Of a DNA stretch of 64,000 nt, positions 34,801 through 44,642 are shown piece after piece (positions within the stretch are counted from its first letter, which is position 1; each line of letters begins with the position of its first letter). The notes below the pieces were generated by a model, which worked only from the letters and a program-made list of their open reading frames with translations, was not told where the DNA came from and did not search any database. Origin of the DNA: a virus (Duplodnaviria > Caudoviricetes); IMG/VR virus record IMGVR_UViG_3300046528_000074, positions 1 to 64,000 of that record; one strand, given 5' to 3'. The position numbers and the translations under genes are program-made.

Positions 34801-36035
34801 GCGGAGAATCCAACGCCCTCGGCCGCCGCTTGGCCCAGTCCCAGCGCCGCGCCGCGTACGCCGGCAGCACCTTCCGCCGCGCGGCCCAGCAGCGCGCCGG
34901 CGCCCTTCTGCATGACGGTCGGCGCCACGAGGTTCAGGCCGAACGCCTCGGCCGCATGCGTGAGTGCGGCGGCGCGCGATTCGCCTTGCGCCAGCTTCGC
35001 CTTCAGCGTGTCCTGGAAGGCGGGCAGCGCGAACAGGCCGGTATTCGCAATAGCCTGTTCCAGCACGCCCTCGGGCGCGCCCAGCGCCGGCACGATGCCG
35101 CCGACCAGGCTGGATACCTTGCCGGCGAACGTGTCGCCGCCCAACTCCTTCTGGCGGGCCTGCAGCTGCGCGCGGCCGACATCGATCTCGTCGGCATAGT
35201 CGTCGGCGCCGAACAGACGCGCGCCAGCGGACAGCGCACCCATCGACGTGCCGAAGGCGCCGCCGACCGCGTTGCCGGCCACCGTGTCGAACATCGACGG
35301 CCTGGCCGGCGTACTCACGTCCTGCAACTGGTCAGGCTGCTGGCGACCCGGCAATTGCGGCACGACGCCGTTACGCTTGCCTTGCAGGCGCTCGTTGAGG
35401 CGCCGATTGAACATCGCTTCGGGCGTGTCCTCGTACTGCGCGGCCTGCTGGTCATGCAACAGCTTGGCATAGGCAGTCGCCTCCTCCTCGGTCTTGAAGA
35501 TGCCAAGGTGGCGGCCGGTGTCCTTGAACTGCTTCTGCGCCTCGGCATTGCTCATGATGCGCCCGTCATCGCTGACGGTCGGGATCAGCGCTTCGCCGTT
35601 GTCGGTGCCGACAGAAATGGATCGCACCGTGCTGATCGATCCGTCCTTGTTGCGCACCATCGGGCGCGCGCCAAGGTCGATATTGCCCGGAACGATCGCG
35701 CCCTTGTTCGTCGCGTCGTACTGCGCCATCACGGCGCTGAGTGCGTCACCGGACGCCTGCGGATTCGTGGCCAGGAACTGGCGCTGGTAGTCGTCGCGCG
35801 ACATGCCGGACGTAAAATGGTTGGCTGCCGGCGAGGCGGCGGCATCTTCCAGTTCCCGCTTGCCGGCCGTGAATGCCGGATGCTTGGCCAGCTCGTCGAC
35901 GACTTCCGCAGGGGAATACCCGGCCTGGATGGCGCCGGCCACGTCGAACTTCGTGCCGCCATCTTTCGCCAGGAACTCGGCGATTTCCTCATCCGAATAG
36001 CCGGCCTTGCGCGCGCCGATGATGTCAAAGCTCAT
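31866..36035 (-). CDS. Large DNA-ejection/polyvalent protein with ParB/Srx-like domain
   Basis: Two GYSxxE(I/V) N-terminal repeats; LKPTQAEF...[18 protein letters not shown]. Confidence 0.8.
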   Translation of the reverse strand: MSFDIIGARKAGYSDEEIAEFLAKDGGTKFDVAGAIQAGYSPAEVVDELAKHPAFTAGKRELEDAAASPAANHFTSGMSRDDYQRQFLATNPQASGDALSAVMAQYDATNKGAIVPGNIDLGARPMVRNKDGSISTVRSISVGTDNGEALIPTVSDDGRIMSNAEAQKQFKDTGRHLGIFKTEEEATAYAKLLHDQQAAQYEDTPEAMFNRRLNERLQGKRNGVVPQLPGRQQPDQLQDVSTPARPSMFDTVAGNAVGGAFGTSMGALSAGARLFGADDYADEIDVGRAQLQARQKELGGDTFAGKVSSLVGGIVPALGAPEGVLEQAIANTGLFALPAFQDTLKAKLAQGESRAAALTHAAEAFGLNLVAPTVMQKGAGALLGRAAEGAAGVRGAALGLGQAAAEGVGFSAANSVLDKGTDAAFGYKNDRPWLDAEDMAVQAAGFGAMRGAHMVAGAGAAVLDHAAQERRQQQLVEQISKAANVDDAIAAASAAVSAPTGGADVASILQGIRPLEQSSGMLDSPATGELAQVGAKYARVTNPDGTTGFALANDGIPSVPTDGAPTQLGAEYRRVTGPDGETRFAMAPDMRQVESAWRRANDPTIPTLTDPVDHLRTDIPTLTDEFSRPTDKSGNWYTFPHETNTLGIPRAEMPQIKAEHRGALVNFLNARGIAHEHVEVPAASLKPTQAEFSMDKVQKAHEHDGGERSILVSSDGHVLDGHHQWLAAVEKGEPVKAIRLNAPIRDLLGTVKEFPSATTAEGAPEPAAPAEPAAPAAPTGFKTGEKWVSKDGKGSYTIDSVSPDGKLGRARFPGDSKTYAVHFDAETENGWKPEGTSAPPENHLDAAREKHQRQDEAVRQAAENIARRQAEKEAAAQAPTKDPAATAKSSQGQRMRERVKAADPFLHFLADHGVSPADRADVGLEEGRNGNRMVPGFGPVLRKSGKRLDELALLARDRGFLTDHDIESSTDTGGTRKLAEMIQRALARKEVIAHPQDVEHAQPGAEQRLQAEAARLGIDADGKSQDQLYDEVAVAHRAEEERRARTGADSIIEQEQVARHADEFTPEEVKAVGDIDADIPLDGRAPDGHLTDEDIDAIFGIRQAEGARADRGETEGAAASHARQGAEGTAGAGEGAGSSLTFRGIEYRKEGDAWKLSRDGQRWAEVKSRQAREALERGEDPNPGDERVAHGAKREPVVMDEESYLARNGASRQDFGDATLHMSSSNVSAAHKKRSIEAQSAKDSALAQRRTQLREEYAAKVAAGEIRPPSSREQTIARANGHPDLESTQAARRIADRRGWDWEEEGKQVNGDAALNSDKAKLEAKRKPKPAPLAEGVPHTFLKKLKVDHEVFVEDEGRWETVKVPADKALRSLRDDISNLEAMLKCMKG

Positions 36036-36038
36036 GGA

Positions 36039-37166
36039 TTACTTTCGGAAGCTGGAAAGGGGCGGACGGCTTGCCGACGTCCCGCCAGGCGAGGCTGCGG
36101 GCGGCGTCATGCCGGCGCCTGCTGGCGCGCCACCGCGCAGGTTTTGCGCCTGCGTCAGTGCGTCCATGGCCATCTTCATCGCCTTGCCGGACACAGTCGT
36201 GCCGGGCGGATCGTCCTTCGTAACGCGCACGGCGCCGCTGGCGATCATGTTCGACGCCATCGACGAGGCGAGCGCGACCGGGTCCTTGCGTGCACCTTCA
36301 CCGTTGCCCAGCACCAGGTCGCGCGCGTTCTCGAATGACATGCCGTTGCCAGTCAGGTACTTGATCGTCGCAACGTCGGACGGGTCCTTCGCGGCGCCGG
36401 CGCCGTCCGGTCCCAGCTTGGCCAGGATGTCGCGATAGCGTGCGTCCTCGCGCTGTTGCGCCAGCCGCTCCTGCCGGTCGCCCGCCTCGCGTGCCAGCTT
36501 GCCCTGCTGGTCCAGGCGCTTCTGCGCCAGGTCATCCTTGTTGGCGTTGTTGTATGCGGTCGTGCCGGCGACGTACGCTTCCGGGTCGTTCATCAGGGCG
36601 TAATTGTTGGCGGCGTCGACGGCTTCTTCCGTCGTGCGCGGGCGCGTCTTGCCATCGACGGCATCGGCATTGACTTCCTTCTGCGCGTCGACCTGCTTGC
36701 CGAGCTGGGCAATCAGCGCCTGCGCGTCGGCCTTCTGCTGGTCGGTCGCCGATGGATTCTTGAGCGTGGCCTGGGCAACGGCCAGGATGCCGTTGATCTT
36801 GTCCATGCCGCCCGTGAACCCGGTAAAGTTGGCGGGCAGGGTCTTGCCACCGTCGTCGTCCAGCATGCCCTTCGCGGACTCGGGCGTGAGCCCGGTCTGC
36901 TGCACGGGCGCTGCTTCCTGCGGCGCGGGCTCGCCGGCCTTCTGCTTGACGATGCCGGCGTAGCGCTGCAGCGCCGCGTTCTTCATCATCTGGTCAGCCG
37001 CGGCCAGGCGCGTGGCCGTGTCGACCTTGATGTCGGCGGCCTGCTGCTCCAGCTGCTGCTGCATCTGGATAGTCTGACTGTTCTTGATCTGGTCGCCGAT
37101 GATGGCAGCGCCGGTATTGGCCGCGGCGCCGACACCTTGCGACAGTGCGTATGCCCAGTCCGCCAT
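36039..37166 (-). CDS. DNA-ejection (internal virion) protein
   Basis: Helical, A/Q-rich; position in ejection cluster. Confidence 0.7.
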   Translation of the reverse strand: MADWAYALSQGVGAAANTGAAIIGDQIKNSQTIQMQQQLEQQAADIKVDTATRLAAADQMMKNAALQRYAGIVKQKAGEPAPQEAAPVQQTGLTPESAKGMLDDDGGKTLPANFTGFTGGMDKINGILAVAQATLKNPSATDQQKADAQALIAQLGKQVDAQKEVNADAVDGKTRPRTTEEAVDAANNYALMNDPEAYVAGTTAYNNANKDDLAQKRLDQQGKLAREAGDRQERLAQQREDARYRDILAKLGPDGAGAAKDPSDVATIKYLTGNGMSFENARDLVLGNGEGARKDPVALASSMASNMIASGAVRVTKDDPPGTTVSGKAMKMAMDALTQAQNLRGGAPAGAGMTPPAASPGGTSASRPPLSSFRK

Positions 37167-37167
37167 G

Positions 37168-37698
37168 TTACTGACCTCCTGCGGAATCGAGCATGCCGCC
37201 GCCAGTCGGCGCGGCGGCCGGTGCGCTGGGCGCCGCCGGATCGGCGCCAGCCTGCGCGCCGCCGTCCTGCATGCCCTTCACGCCGAATCGCGCCATGATG
37301 CCCTCGACGGCCTGCTGCGTGGCGTCGCCCAGCGCCTGCTTGTCTGCATCAGGCTCGCCCGACTCTTGCAGGAACTGGAACGCCTTCAAGGTCAGCGTCA
37401 GCGTGACGGGGACGATGATCTGCGGAGGCAGCGTCTTGTTCGATTGCGTCCACAGCAAATACATCAGCTGGATGATGCCGTTGCTGATGCGCGTGGCCAG
37501 CGGGCCGGGCGCGTCGAGCGCGTCCAGCATCATGTGATGGCTTTGGCGGTCGAACATGATGCGCATGCCCGACAGCACGGCCTTGTCGTAAATATCCTTC
37601 AGTTGCGCCGGGATGCTCTGCTGCACCTTGGCGATGATCGGATCGATGTCGATCTTGTCCTGGCTGCCCTGTGCCGGGCCGGCGAGATTGTTCTGCAT
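37168..37698 (-). CDS. Virion-associated hypothetical protein
   Basis: Operon packing. Confidence 0.7.
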   Translation of the reverse strand: MQNNLAGPAQGSQDKIDIDPIIAKVQQSIPAQLKDIYDKAVLSGMRIMFDRQSHHMMLDALDAPGPLATRISNGIIQLMYLLWTQSNKTLPPQIIVPVTLTLTLKAFQFLQESGEPDADKQALGDATQQAVEGIMARFGVKGMQDGGAQAGADPAAPSAPAAAPTGGGMLDSAGGQ

Positions 37699-37710
37699 GG
37701 TCTTCCCCGA

Positions 37711-38646
37711 TTACGAGATACGGCCCGAGCCCCAGAGGGCGCGGCGGTTCGTGGCGGCGGTTTGCGCCTTGTAGGCGTCCATCATTGCCTTGTCCTTTGC
37801 GCTCGGCACCAGATTGCCGGCGACGGCGCCCACGCCATTCAATGCGGCCTTTGCAAGCTCAGGATTGGCTTTCGCCCATGCCTGCACCTGGTCGAGCGTT
37901 GCGCCGATGCCGCTGGCGGAGCTTGCGCCCGCGCCGGCCGCATCGATCGCGCCCGGATACGCCTCGACCGAATCGAGCATGCCGCCGGCCGTCGGCGCCT
38001 TGAATGCGTTCGCGCTGGCCGCCTGGCCGGCTGCCGTGCTGTTCGCATTGAAGGCATTGCCGACGTTCTGGCCCGCGCCGCTGCCGGCCGCGTTGAATGT
38101 GCTGGTGGGGTCGGCGATGGCCTGCTGCAGCGTATTGCTGGCGCTGGCGCCGCCCATGCTGGCGGGCGTGGCCGAAGTGGCGACGTCAAGCATGCCGCCG
38201 CCCGTTCCGGCCGTGCTGCCCGTGCTGCCGACAGCAGAGTCCAGCGACGGGTTCGCGCTCAGGGATGACCCGAGCGTGTCGCCCGTTCCGGGGGTGTAGA
38301 CGGGCGCGGTTTGCAGCGCGCTGGCCGCATCGGTGGCCGCGCCTGCTGCGCCGCCGGCGGCGTCGGTGGCCGCGCTCGTGCCGGCCTCGGCCGTGCTGCC
38401 CGCCGCGGCGCCGGCCGCGTCGGTGGCGCTCGAGGCCAGAGCCGAGCCGATGCCGCCGGCGATGCCGACGATGGCGCCGATCTTGGTCAACTTCGCGTTG
38501 CCAGTGACGGTGCCCACGATCGTGAGTGCGGCGCCGACCATCGTGGCACCAGCGGCGACGGTAGCCGCGAGCGTAGTGGCGGCGGCAAAGGCGGTGGCGC
38601 CAGCGGCGAACGATCCGGCGGCGAGGGCAACTACTGCGACTGGCAT
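37711..38646 (-). CDS. DNA-ejection (pilot-like) protein
   Basis: Hydrophobic N-terminus, A/G/T-rich; AAAGGA RBS. Confidence 0.7.
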   Translation of the reverse strand: MPVAVVALAAGSFAAGATAFAAATTLAATVAAGATMVGAALTIVGTVTGNAKLTKIGAIVGIAGGIGSALASSATDAAGAAAGSTAEAGTSAATDAAGGAAGAATDAASALQTAPVYTPGTGDTLGSSLSANPSLDSAVGSTGSTAGTGGGMLDVATSATPASMGGASASNTLQQAIADPTSTFNAAGSGAGQNVGNAFNANSTAAGQAASANAFKAPTAGGMLDSVEAYPGAIDAAGAGASSASGIGATLDQVQAWAKANPELAKAALNGVGAVAGNLVPSAKDKAMMDAYKAQTAATNRRALWGSGRIS

Positions 38647-39002
38647 TGTGGTGTTCCTTTCTGATAGGGCAGGCGCATCAGCACCCAATAGCTGAAATGG
38701 TCATCGGACCAGGTGCGCGAGAACCCGAGCGCTTCGCGCAGGCGGTGATCCGTCTCGGACAGCGGCACGCGCGTGGTGCAATAGCCGAACTTGTCCAGCA
38801 GCGGAGCGACGAACTGGGCAATGTTGCGCCGGCTCATCGCGCGCCGCTCGGCGATCGACAGCATGTGAATTTCCGGGCCGCGCGTGATGACGAAGGCGAC
38901 GTCGACGCCCGCGCGCTGCGCCACGCATACTGTCCATCCTTCGAGCGAATCCGCTGGCGCGCCGATGCTGGCCAAATAGTCGACCAGTCGCGGGTCCATC
39001 AA
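38631..39002 (-). CDS. GNAT-like virion assembly protein
   Basis: EIH...TTRVP...LREALGF pattern; usual position before ejection genes. Confidence 0.55.
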   Translation of the reverse strand: MMDPRLVDYLASIGAPADSLEGWTVCVAQRAGVDVAFVITRGPEIHMLSIAERRAMSRRNIAQFVAPLLDKFGYCTTRVPLSETDHRLREALGFSRTWSDDHFSYWVLMRLPYQKGTPQCQSQ

Positions 39003-40009
39003 AGAACCTCGTTGTTGTAATAATTGGAGTACGGGGCCGTCAGCATAGTGCCGGCGCCGTTGCTGCCATAGTCGGTCTGCGCGGCCGCGGAGCTGGATTG
39101 CGACGATGCTGGATTCAGGTCGGCGCTGGTCGAGCCGATGACATACACGGCGCCGGCCAGGCCGCTGCCGCCGCCCGCGCTGGATGCGCTGGTACCCATG
39201 CCGAGCGCTTCCAGCATGGCCGCCTTGCGGTCAGGCGACAGGTCCATGTTCTGGATGATGTTGTTGGCCAGGGATGTCTTTTGGCTGTCCATCTGCTGGC
39301 GGTAGGACGAGTCGGTGTTGTACCGGCTCGTGTTGGCCGACATCTCGGCCTGGTAGCGCGTCGTCGCGTTTTGCATCTGCGCCACCGACAGCGATTGCGC
39401 CCGGCTCGCGGCCGAGTCCTGCAACTGCAGGTCCAGGCGTTGCAACTGCGATGCCTGGTCAGCGTTCCACATCGTCGCCTGATTCTTGGCCGCGGCGTTG
39501 TAATCGGCCGCGCTCTTGTAGGTCGCCGCGTCCGCGTTCGCGATGTTGGTGGCCTGGCCGATGACGGCGCTTTCGCCGGCCGATGCCGCCATGGCCGAAT
39601 TGAGCATGCCGCGCCCGGCAGCCGTGCGCATGGCCTGCGCCTGCGCCTGCTGGAGAACCGGGCTATTCTCGGCCGTCAGCTTGTTCACCTGGCCGGCGAC
39701 CGTCTCGGTGCCCGGATCGACCGTGCGCGTCGCGATGCTTGACGGCGCGATGGCGACGGCGTTCGTGGCCGATACGCTCGACAGGCCGGCAGGCGTCGAT
39801 GCTGCGGTACTGGTCGCGGGCGCCACGCTGCTGGACGTGGTCGGCGCTGCTGCCGTCGTCCATGGCGAAACGCCGGTAGGAGCCGCCGAGGACGAGCCAA
39901 GCATGCCCGTGGGGCTCGACGCCGACGATGCCGACGCCGTCGGGACGGGCGTGCCGTACGTGCTCGCCGCCCAGTTGGAAATCTGATCTTCCGCCGACGT
40001 GGTACTCAT
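38999..40009 (-). CDS. Internal virion/ejection protein
   Basis: ETVAGQV...SPVLQQA...RGMLNSAMA motif; S/T/A-rich. Confidence 0.7.
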   Translation of the reverse strand: MSTTSAEDQISNWAASTYGTPVPTASASSASSPTGMLGSSSAAPTGVSPWTTAAAPTTSSSVAPATSTAASTPAGLSSVSATNAVAIAPSSIATRTVDPGTETVAGQVNKLTAENSPVLQQAQAQAMRTAAGRGMLNSAMAASAGESAVIGQATNIANADAATYKSAADYNAAAKNQATMWNADQASQLQRLDLQLQDSAASRAQSLSVAQMQNATTRYQAEMSANTSRYNTDSSYRQQMDSQKTSLANNIIQNMDLSPDRKAAMLEALGMGTSASSAGGGSGLAGAVYVIGSTSADLNPASSQSSSAAAQTDYGSNGAGTMLTAPYSNYYNNEVL

Positions 40010-40653
40010 TGCGCTTCGCCCCTGCTGTCTTGATTCCCGATAGCATCAATTCTACCAAGCAATTCATGCCAGGCGGAATTTTGCGGCCCATAAAACCCGT
40101 TTGCCAGAATCCAGCCCTGGCAGGCGCGCAGCTGGGCGCTCACTTCGTCGGCGTCGTCAGCGATAACCCAAAGGTCGTTTTCAACCTGTTGCGGAAGGCG
40201 GACGGTGCCGGGCCCGGCCGCATCACGTCCGCCGGCGCTTGCGGCTTCGGTTCCGGCGACAGTGCTACCGGCCGGGCAGGCTGGGGCTGGGATGCGCAGC
40301 CCGCCAGCAGCATCAGCGCGGCGACGGTCGGCATCGCGCTCGCGGCGCAGTTGCGCCAGTTCCTGTTCGTGTTTTTCACTGGTAGTCCTTTCGATCTGTT
40401 GGTGTTTGTCCTCGATGGCGCGCATGTCGGCGTCGTGCCGGGCGACCAGGGCGGCGTCGGCCTGTTGCTCCCTGACCTGCTTGGCCAGCCAGTCGGCGCG
40501 CTCCAGGGCCCGGCCCTTGGCCTCGAAGTGGTTGGCGCCATAGGCGGCCAGAGCGCCCAGCGCCAGCACGACAGCCAGGACGATGATCAGCCTGGTGCGG
40601 ATGTCCATGCCAGCCTGCGCGACGCCCTCGATGTCCTTGATGATGTCCATCAC
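40006..40653 (-). CDS. Rz: i-spanin
   Basis: N-terminal TM, coiled coil, GGLRIP...C...ADEV..QLRACQ. Confidence 0.85.
   Translation of the reverse strand: MMDIIKDIEGVAQAGMDIRTRLIIVLAVVLALGALAAYGANHFEAKGRALERADWLAKQVREQQADAALVARHDADMRAIEDKHQQIERTTSEKHEQELAQLRRERDADRRRADAAGGLRIPAPACPAGSTVAGTEAASAGGRDAAGPGTVRLPQQVENDLWVIADDADEVSAQLRACQGWILANGFYGPQNSAWHELLGRIDAIGNQDSRGEAQ
40140..40379 (-). CDS. Rz1: o-spanin lipoprotein nested in Rz
   Basis: GTG start with AAAGGA RBS, lipobox LAGC, Pro-rich mature part. Confidence 0.8.
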   Translation of the reverse strand: MKNTNRNWRNCAASAMPTVAALMLLAGCASQPQPARPVALSPEPKPQAPADVMRPGPAPSAFRNRLKTTFGLSLTTPTK

Positions 40654-41294
40654 GCCACCCCCAGCACGGCATAGGCCCGGTTGCGAAACGCCAGGCGCTC
40701 GCGGTAGCCGTTGGCATCGCCGACGGCCGTGGTGCGGTGCCCGAGGTTGATCACGTCGCTGATGCCGTCCGTGTTGCCGGCATCGGCCAGGGCGTTACAG
40801 CCATGCTCGAAAAAGTAGAGGCCCGCGCCGAGCGCCGCGCCCTCGTGCGTGTTCAGCCAGTCGCCGACCTGGTCGACCGGGATCCCGAACTGGCGCCCGA
40901 TCGCGGCATGGTTCGCGCGGAACGTGTGCTGCAGGTAGCCGGCGCCGCGGAATCTCCAGCCGTCGCCGCTGGCCGTGTCGCCGTTGCCGTACAGGCCGGC
41001 ATAGACGAAGTTGGCCAGCTTCTCAGGCTGGTGCGCGTAGCCGATCGCCACAGCGTCGGTCGGGAAGCGCTTCGGCCACACGGTGCGCAGGCGCCCGAAG
41101 CTGTAGTCGAGGTCTTCACGCAGGCGCATGAGCTGGCCGCTTTCATGCGCCACCTGGGCGATGAATTCGGCGGCGCGGCGCGCCGTGTCGATCTTGAAGC
41201 GCATCATGGCCACGTTCAGCGGGCCGGCGCACAGGGTCGCGCGCATGCCCAGCGCGGGCATGATGCGCTGGAGTTGTTCAGCAGTTATGATCAT
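40650..41294 (-). CDS. GH19-family endolysin
   Basis: FIAQVAHESG...GNGD.ASGDGWRFRGAGYLQHTFRAN...IN. Confidence 0.9.
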   Translation of the reverse strand: MIITAEQLQRIMPALGMRATLCAGPLNVAMMRFKIDTARRAAEFIAQVAHESGQLMRLREDLDYSFGRLRTVWPKRFPTDAVAIGYAHQPEKLANFVYAGLYGNGDTASGDGWRFRGAGYLQHTFRANHAAIGRQFGIPVDQVGDWLNTHEGAALGAGLYFFEHGCNALADAGNTDGISDVINLGHRTTAVGDANGYRERLAFRNRAYAVLGVA

Positions 41295-41710
41295 CGGGTT
41301 GGCTCCGGGGCGTATTTATTGGCGAAGAACTGCAGCGCGCGCTCGATCGACCATGTGCCGCCGAAAGCGGACAGCATGATGGCAGCGGCCTTGTAGGCGT
41401 TGTCCATGCCCCACGCCTCGCCGGCGAAGAACATCAACAGGCCGGCCGCGTTCGAGGACAGCATGCGGGAGCAGATGAACAGCCACAGGCGCGGGATCAC
41501 CGCGGCCTTTTCGTATTCCTGTTTCATCGCGTGCAGGAGCGAGGTAGCGCCCATGAGCGTGGACAGGATGACCGTCATCAGGACGGACAGCATCGGGATC
41601 TGCGCCAGCTGCGCGCCGAATGCGATGTTGGCCGCCATGGCGGAGGCGGGCCACAGTACGAGCAGCGTGGCGTGCACGGCGCCGAGCGTTTGCGTCAGTT
41701 CTTTTTTCAT
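41291..41710 (-). CDS. Holin-like membrane protein
   Basis: Several TM segments directly upstream of the endolysin. Confidence 0.65.
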   Translation of the reverse strand: MKKELTQTLGAVHATLLVLWPASAMAANIAFGAQLAQIPMLSVLMTVILSTLMGATSLLHAMKQEYEKAAVIPRLWLFICSRMLSSNAAGLLMFFAGEAWGMDNAYKAAAIMLSAFGGTWSIERALQFFANKYAPEPTR

Positions 41711-42123
41711 TGGCAAGCCTTGTTGTTTTTGTAGCGTTTCCGCACGTCGACAAAGGCCGATACAGGAACGATCAGCACATAGACGGCATAGAACGGAAGG
41801 ATCGCGTACGGCATTTCGTACCGCACGCATGTGGACATCTGAACTGCGAAGCACCCGGCGATCGACATGCTGACCAGGTGCCGGTCGTGCAGGGCCCGCG
41901 AGAGCACGAACTGGTCCGGCAGCACGTCATTGATGAACAGGTCGATCATCCCCAGCACGACGAAGACGGCTAGACCGTACATCGTCATTTGCGCGAAGCG
42001 ATCGGCATGCGCCACCGCATAGGCCAGCGTATCGCGGCGGTAAAGCGCCGTGTACGAGTACAGGGCGGAGATGGTCATGGTGTAGAGGCGCAGGAGCACG
42101 CCGCATTCAAGAATGCGTTTCAT
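41707..42123 (-). CDS. Membrane protein (holin/antiholin-associated)
   Basis: About four TM segments, basic C-terminus. Confidence 0.65.
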   Translation of the reverse strand: MKRILECGVLLRLYTMTISALYSYTALYRRDTLAYAVAHADRFAQMTMYGLAVFVVLGMIDLFINDVLPDQFVLSRALHDRHLVSMSIAGCFAVQMSTCVRYEMPYAILPFYAVYVLIVPVSAFVDVRKRYKNNKACQ

Positions 42124-44642
42124 GCGCCGCCCCCTGCCTCAATGGCGGCCAGCCTAAGCACAAGCAATTCGTCGTAACGCACGCCGTAGCGATTCCCAGC
42201 AGCTTTTACAAGGCGCTTTTCGCCGGTGTCGTACTGCTGGATCATCTCGGTGCCGTCGTCCGCATGGACGACACGCTCACCGAAAACCGGCTCGAATTCG
42301 TCGGTCCATTCGTCGTAGCACAGCACCCCGTAATCGAATGCATCCAGGCCTTCCGCTTCAAACGCGGCCTTCACCTGCTGCGCGATCACGCCGAAGTGCC
42401 AGCGCGCGCCATTGCCCTTTGCCTCTACCGCATCATTGAACTTGAACTGCACCAGGTTCACACGGCGAATTGCTCGAATTGCTGCCGGATTGATGCTCTC
42501 GATCTGCTGCTTCTCGCGCTCGTCCGACGTGTTGATAGTCCCGGTGCCGGCATATATAACCGACCATCGGAAGCTTGCGCTGCCATTGGTAGTAGCGTTG
42601 TCGGTCGGGGGGACGAAGAACGTGGCGCCCCACTTGAACACCGTGCTGCCCGCTGCGACCAGCATCCGGAAAGTGTCGTCGGTGAAGTTGTAGAAAAATT
42701 TAGCCTGAGTTGTTACGCTAGGCTTGGACCAGAGCATGCCGGCCTCGGTCGTTCCTGGCGACCCAAACGACAGATATGGGCTCGTCGTGGATTCGATAGC
42801 CACGACGGTGGATGATGCATACGATGGGCTGGCATCGCCATCCTTGACGTGAAGTCTTCCAGCTGGGGCGGCGTAGGATGTTGACGACCCGATGCGTATG
42901 CGCCCGGTCGCCTGGTCGTAGAAGACGTTGCCGTTGTTGCTCCAGTCGAGCGAAAATCCGAGCAGGACAATGCTCTTGATCGTGGCGGCATTGAACGTGT
43001 TGCTGACGTTGTCGATGTAGGTCGAGCCGATCGAGCAGCTGACGTTGTAGTAGTTGGGCGTACCCGCACCAAACACGCAATAGTTCAAGTCGACGCGCGA
43101 CATGTTCACCAGGCCGACTGCTCCGCCCGAGCCGCCACAGCCGTACAAGTCGGTATAGTCGATGTGTCCTTGCGAGTAGTCACTAAGCAGGATGCCAGAA
43201 CCGCCTGCAGTGGTGCCAGTAATCTGCGGCCGGCCAGCGGTGGCGCCGTTATAGCCGATGGAGACGGTGCAGTGGTACGTCGCGCGAATGCCGTACATCG
43301 CGTTGTTATGGACACCGCCAGACAGGATGAGTTGCGAACGGTCCTCGACGTCGACACCACCGTAAGAGCAGTTCTGCGTGTGAACGTTGACCGTGTACAG
43401 CTTCGACGCCTCAAGGACTGTGATGCCATGCGAATAGGCTTTCGTCGTCCAGTTCTGGAACTTGATGTCCTGAACTTTCAGCGTCATGTTCGTCTGGAAG
43501 TACCAGCCGTGATCTGCTGCGCTGCTGGTGCCGTCGACGATAGCGGTAGGAACGTTTGGATGGCCGCCGACGTCCGGGCCATAGAACGCCAGATAGTTTC
43601 GGCTGCGCAGGCCCGTCATCGTATTGCCGCCGGCGTACGTTCCAGCTGCCAGGCGGATATTCCACTGACCCTCAAGTATCGGGCCGTAGTTGGGCAGCAC
43701 AGCAAATACGCGCACATCCGACATCGGCATCGCTGCAGTCAGGCCATCGTTGGTCGATAGTCCGGTGGGCGAGATGTACAGGGTGTTAGTGTCCGACGCG
43801 CCAGGAACGGGCGCAAACATATCCGTGCCGCGCTTGATGTAGCCCGGCCCCGCGTACTTGACGTCGTGCAGGCTTGGGATATTGGCGGTCACGAGATAGG
43901 TAGCGCCATTCAAATTCAGGCGCTTGCCGCTCGTGCTTGCATACGTGATAGCTGCGAGTACCGCAGCCGTGTCATCAGTGACACCGTCGCCTACGGCGCC
44001 GAAGTCCTGCATGCTGACGCTCTCGCGCAGCTTGTCGCGTACCGTGCGCAAGACTGCGCCCGTACCTGCCTGAAAAAAGCTGATGACGGTAGAAGCCGCC
44101 CCCGTCAGGAAACTGGTGACTTGCTGAAGATAGGACTGCGCCGATGCCGCCGATGCCGCCGCAGCTGACGCGCTTGCCTGTGCAGACGCCCCCGACCCGA
44201 TAGCCTGAATGACCTGCGACGACACGACAGACGGCAGGCGGAACACATTGGCGCCCGCCTGATAGGTCAGAGGGATGACCGCATTGGCCGGCAGGTCGCT
44301 TGCCTGCGGGTCTGAGCCATCCGATCGTTTGATCGGGATATTCCCCAGTCCGTTGACGTTCAGCGTGCAGGCGCCGGTATTGGCGCGCGTAGGCAGCAGC
44401 TTGACTTCGAGGCCATCGACATAGCCGATCGCCGTGATCTTCGGGTCCATCAATACCACATAGGCATTGTCAGTCGTCCCAAGGTTCGGCGCATAGTTGA
44501 CGAAGCCGCCCTTCAGCGCGGACTCGCCCGGCAGGCGGTCGAATGCCGAGTTGATGGCCTGGCTGATGGCGTTGATGTCGGTAGCGCGCGCCTTCGTGCC
44601 TGGGGCCATCTGCGGTGGCGGCGAGAAAAAGCTGTTTGTCAT
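42120..44642 (-). CDS. Tailspike with beta-helix and C-terminal intramolecular chaperone (peptidase S74)
   Basis: RTVRDKLRESVSMQDFGAVGDGVTDDTAA; TSDEREKQ...HFGVIAQ...YGVRYDEL. Confidence 0.9.
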   Translation of the reverse strand: MTNSFFSPPPQMAPGTKARATDINAISQAINSAFDRLPGESALKGGFVNYAPNLGTTDNAYVVLMDPKITAIGYVDGLEVKLLPTRANTGACTLNVNGLGNIPIKRSDGSDPQASDLPANAVIPLTYQAGANVFRLPSVVSSQVIQAIGSGASAQASASAAAASAASAQSYLQQVTSFLTGAASTVISFFQAGTGAVLRTVRDKLRESVSMQDFGAVGDGVTDDTAAVLAAITYASTSGKRLNLNGATYLVTANIPSLHDVKYAGPGYIKRGTDMFAPVPGASDTNTLYISPTGLSTNDGLTAAMPMSDVRVFAVLPNYGPILEGQWNIRLAAGTYAGGNTMTGLRSRNYLAFYGPDVGGHPNVPTAIVDGTSSAADHGWYFQTNMTLKVQDIKFQNWTTKAYSHGITVLEASKLYTVNVHTQNCSYGGVDVEDRSQLILSGGVHNNAMYGIRATYHCTVSIGYNGATAGRPQITGTTAGGSGILLSDYSQGHIDYTDLYGCGGSGGAVGLVNMSRVDLNYCVFGAGTPNYYNVSCSIGSTYIDNVSNTFNAATIKSIVLLGFSLDWSNNGNVFYDQATGRIRIGSSTSYAAPAGRLHVKDGDASPSYASSTVVAIESTTSPYLSFGSPGTTEAGMLWSKPSVTTQAKFFYNFTDDTFRMLVAAGSTVFKWGATFFVPPTDNATTNGSASFRWSVIYAGTGTINTSDEREKQQIESINPAAIRAIRRVNLVQFKFNDAVEAKGNGARWHFGVIAQQVKAAFEAEGLDAFDYGVLCYDEWTDEFEPVFGERVVHADDGTEMIQQYDTGEKRLVKAAGNRYGVRYDELLVLRLAAIEAGGGA

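Noticed and set aside
33570-36338. Long + strand ORFs (922 aa here; also 51451-54009, 44615-46213, 20136-21521, 7382-8719) and minus ORFs over 14213-18602
   Set aside because: Antisense shadows of well-supported genes in GC-rich DNA; no motifs or RBS
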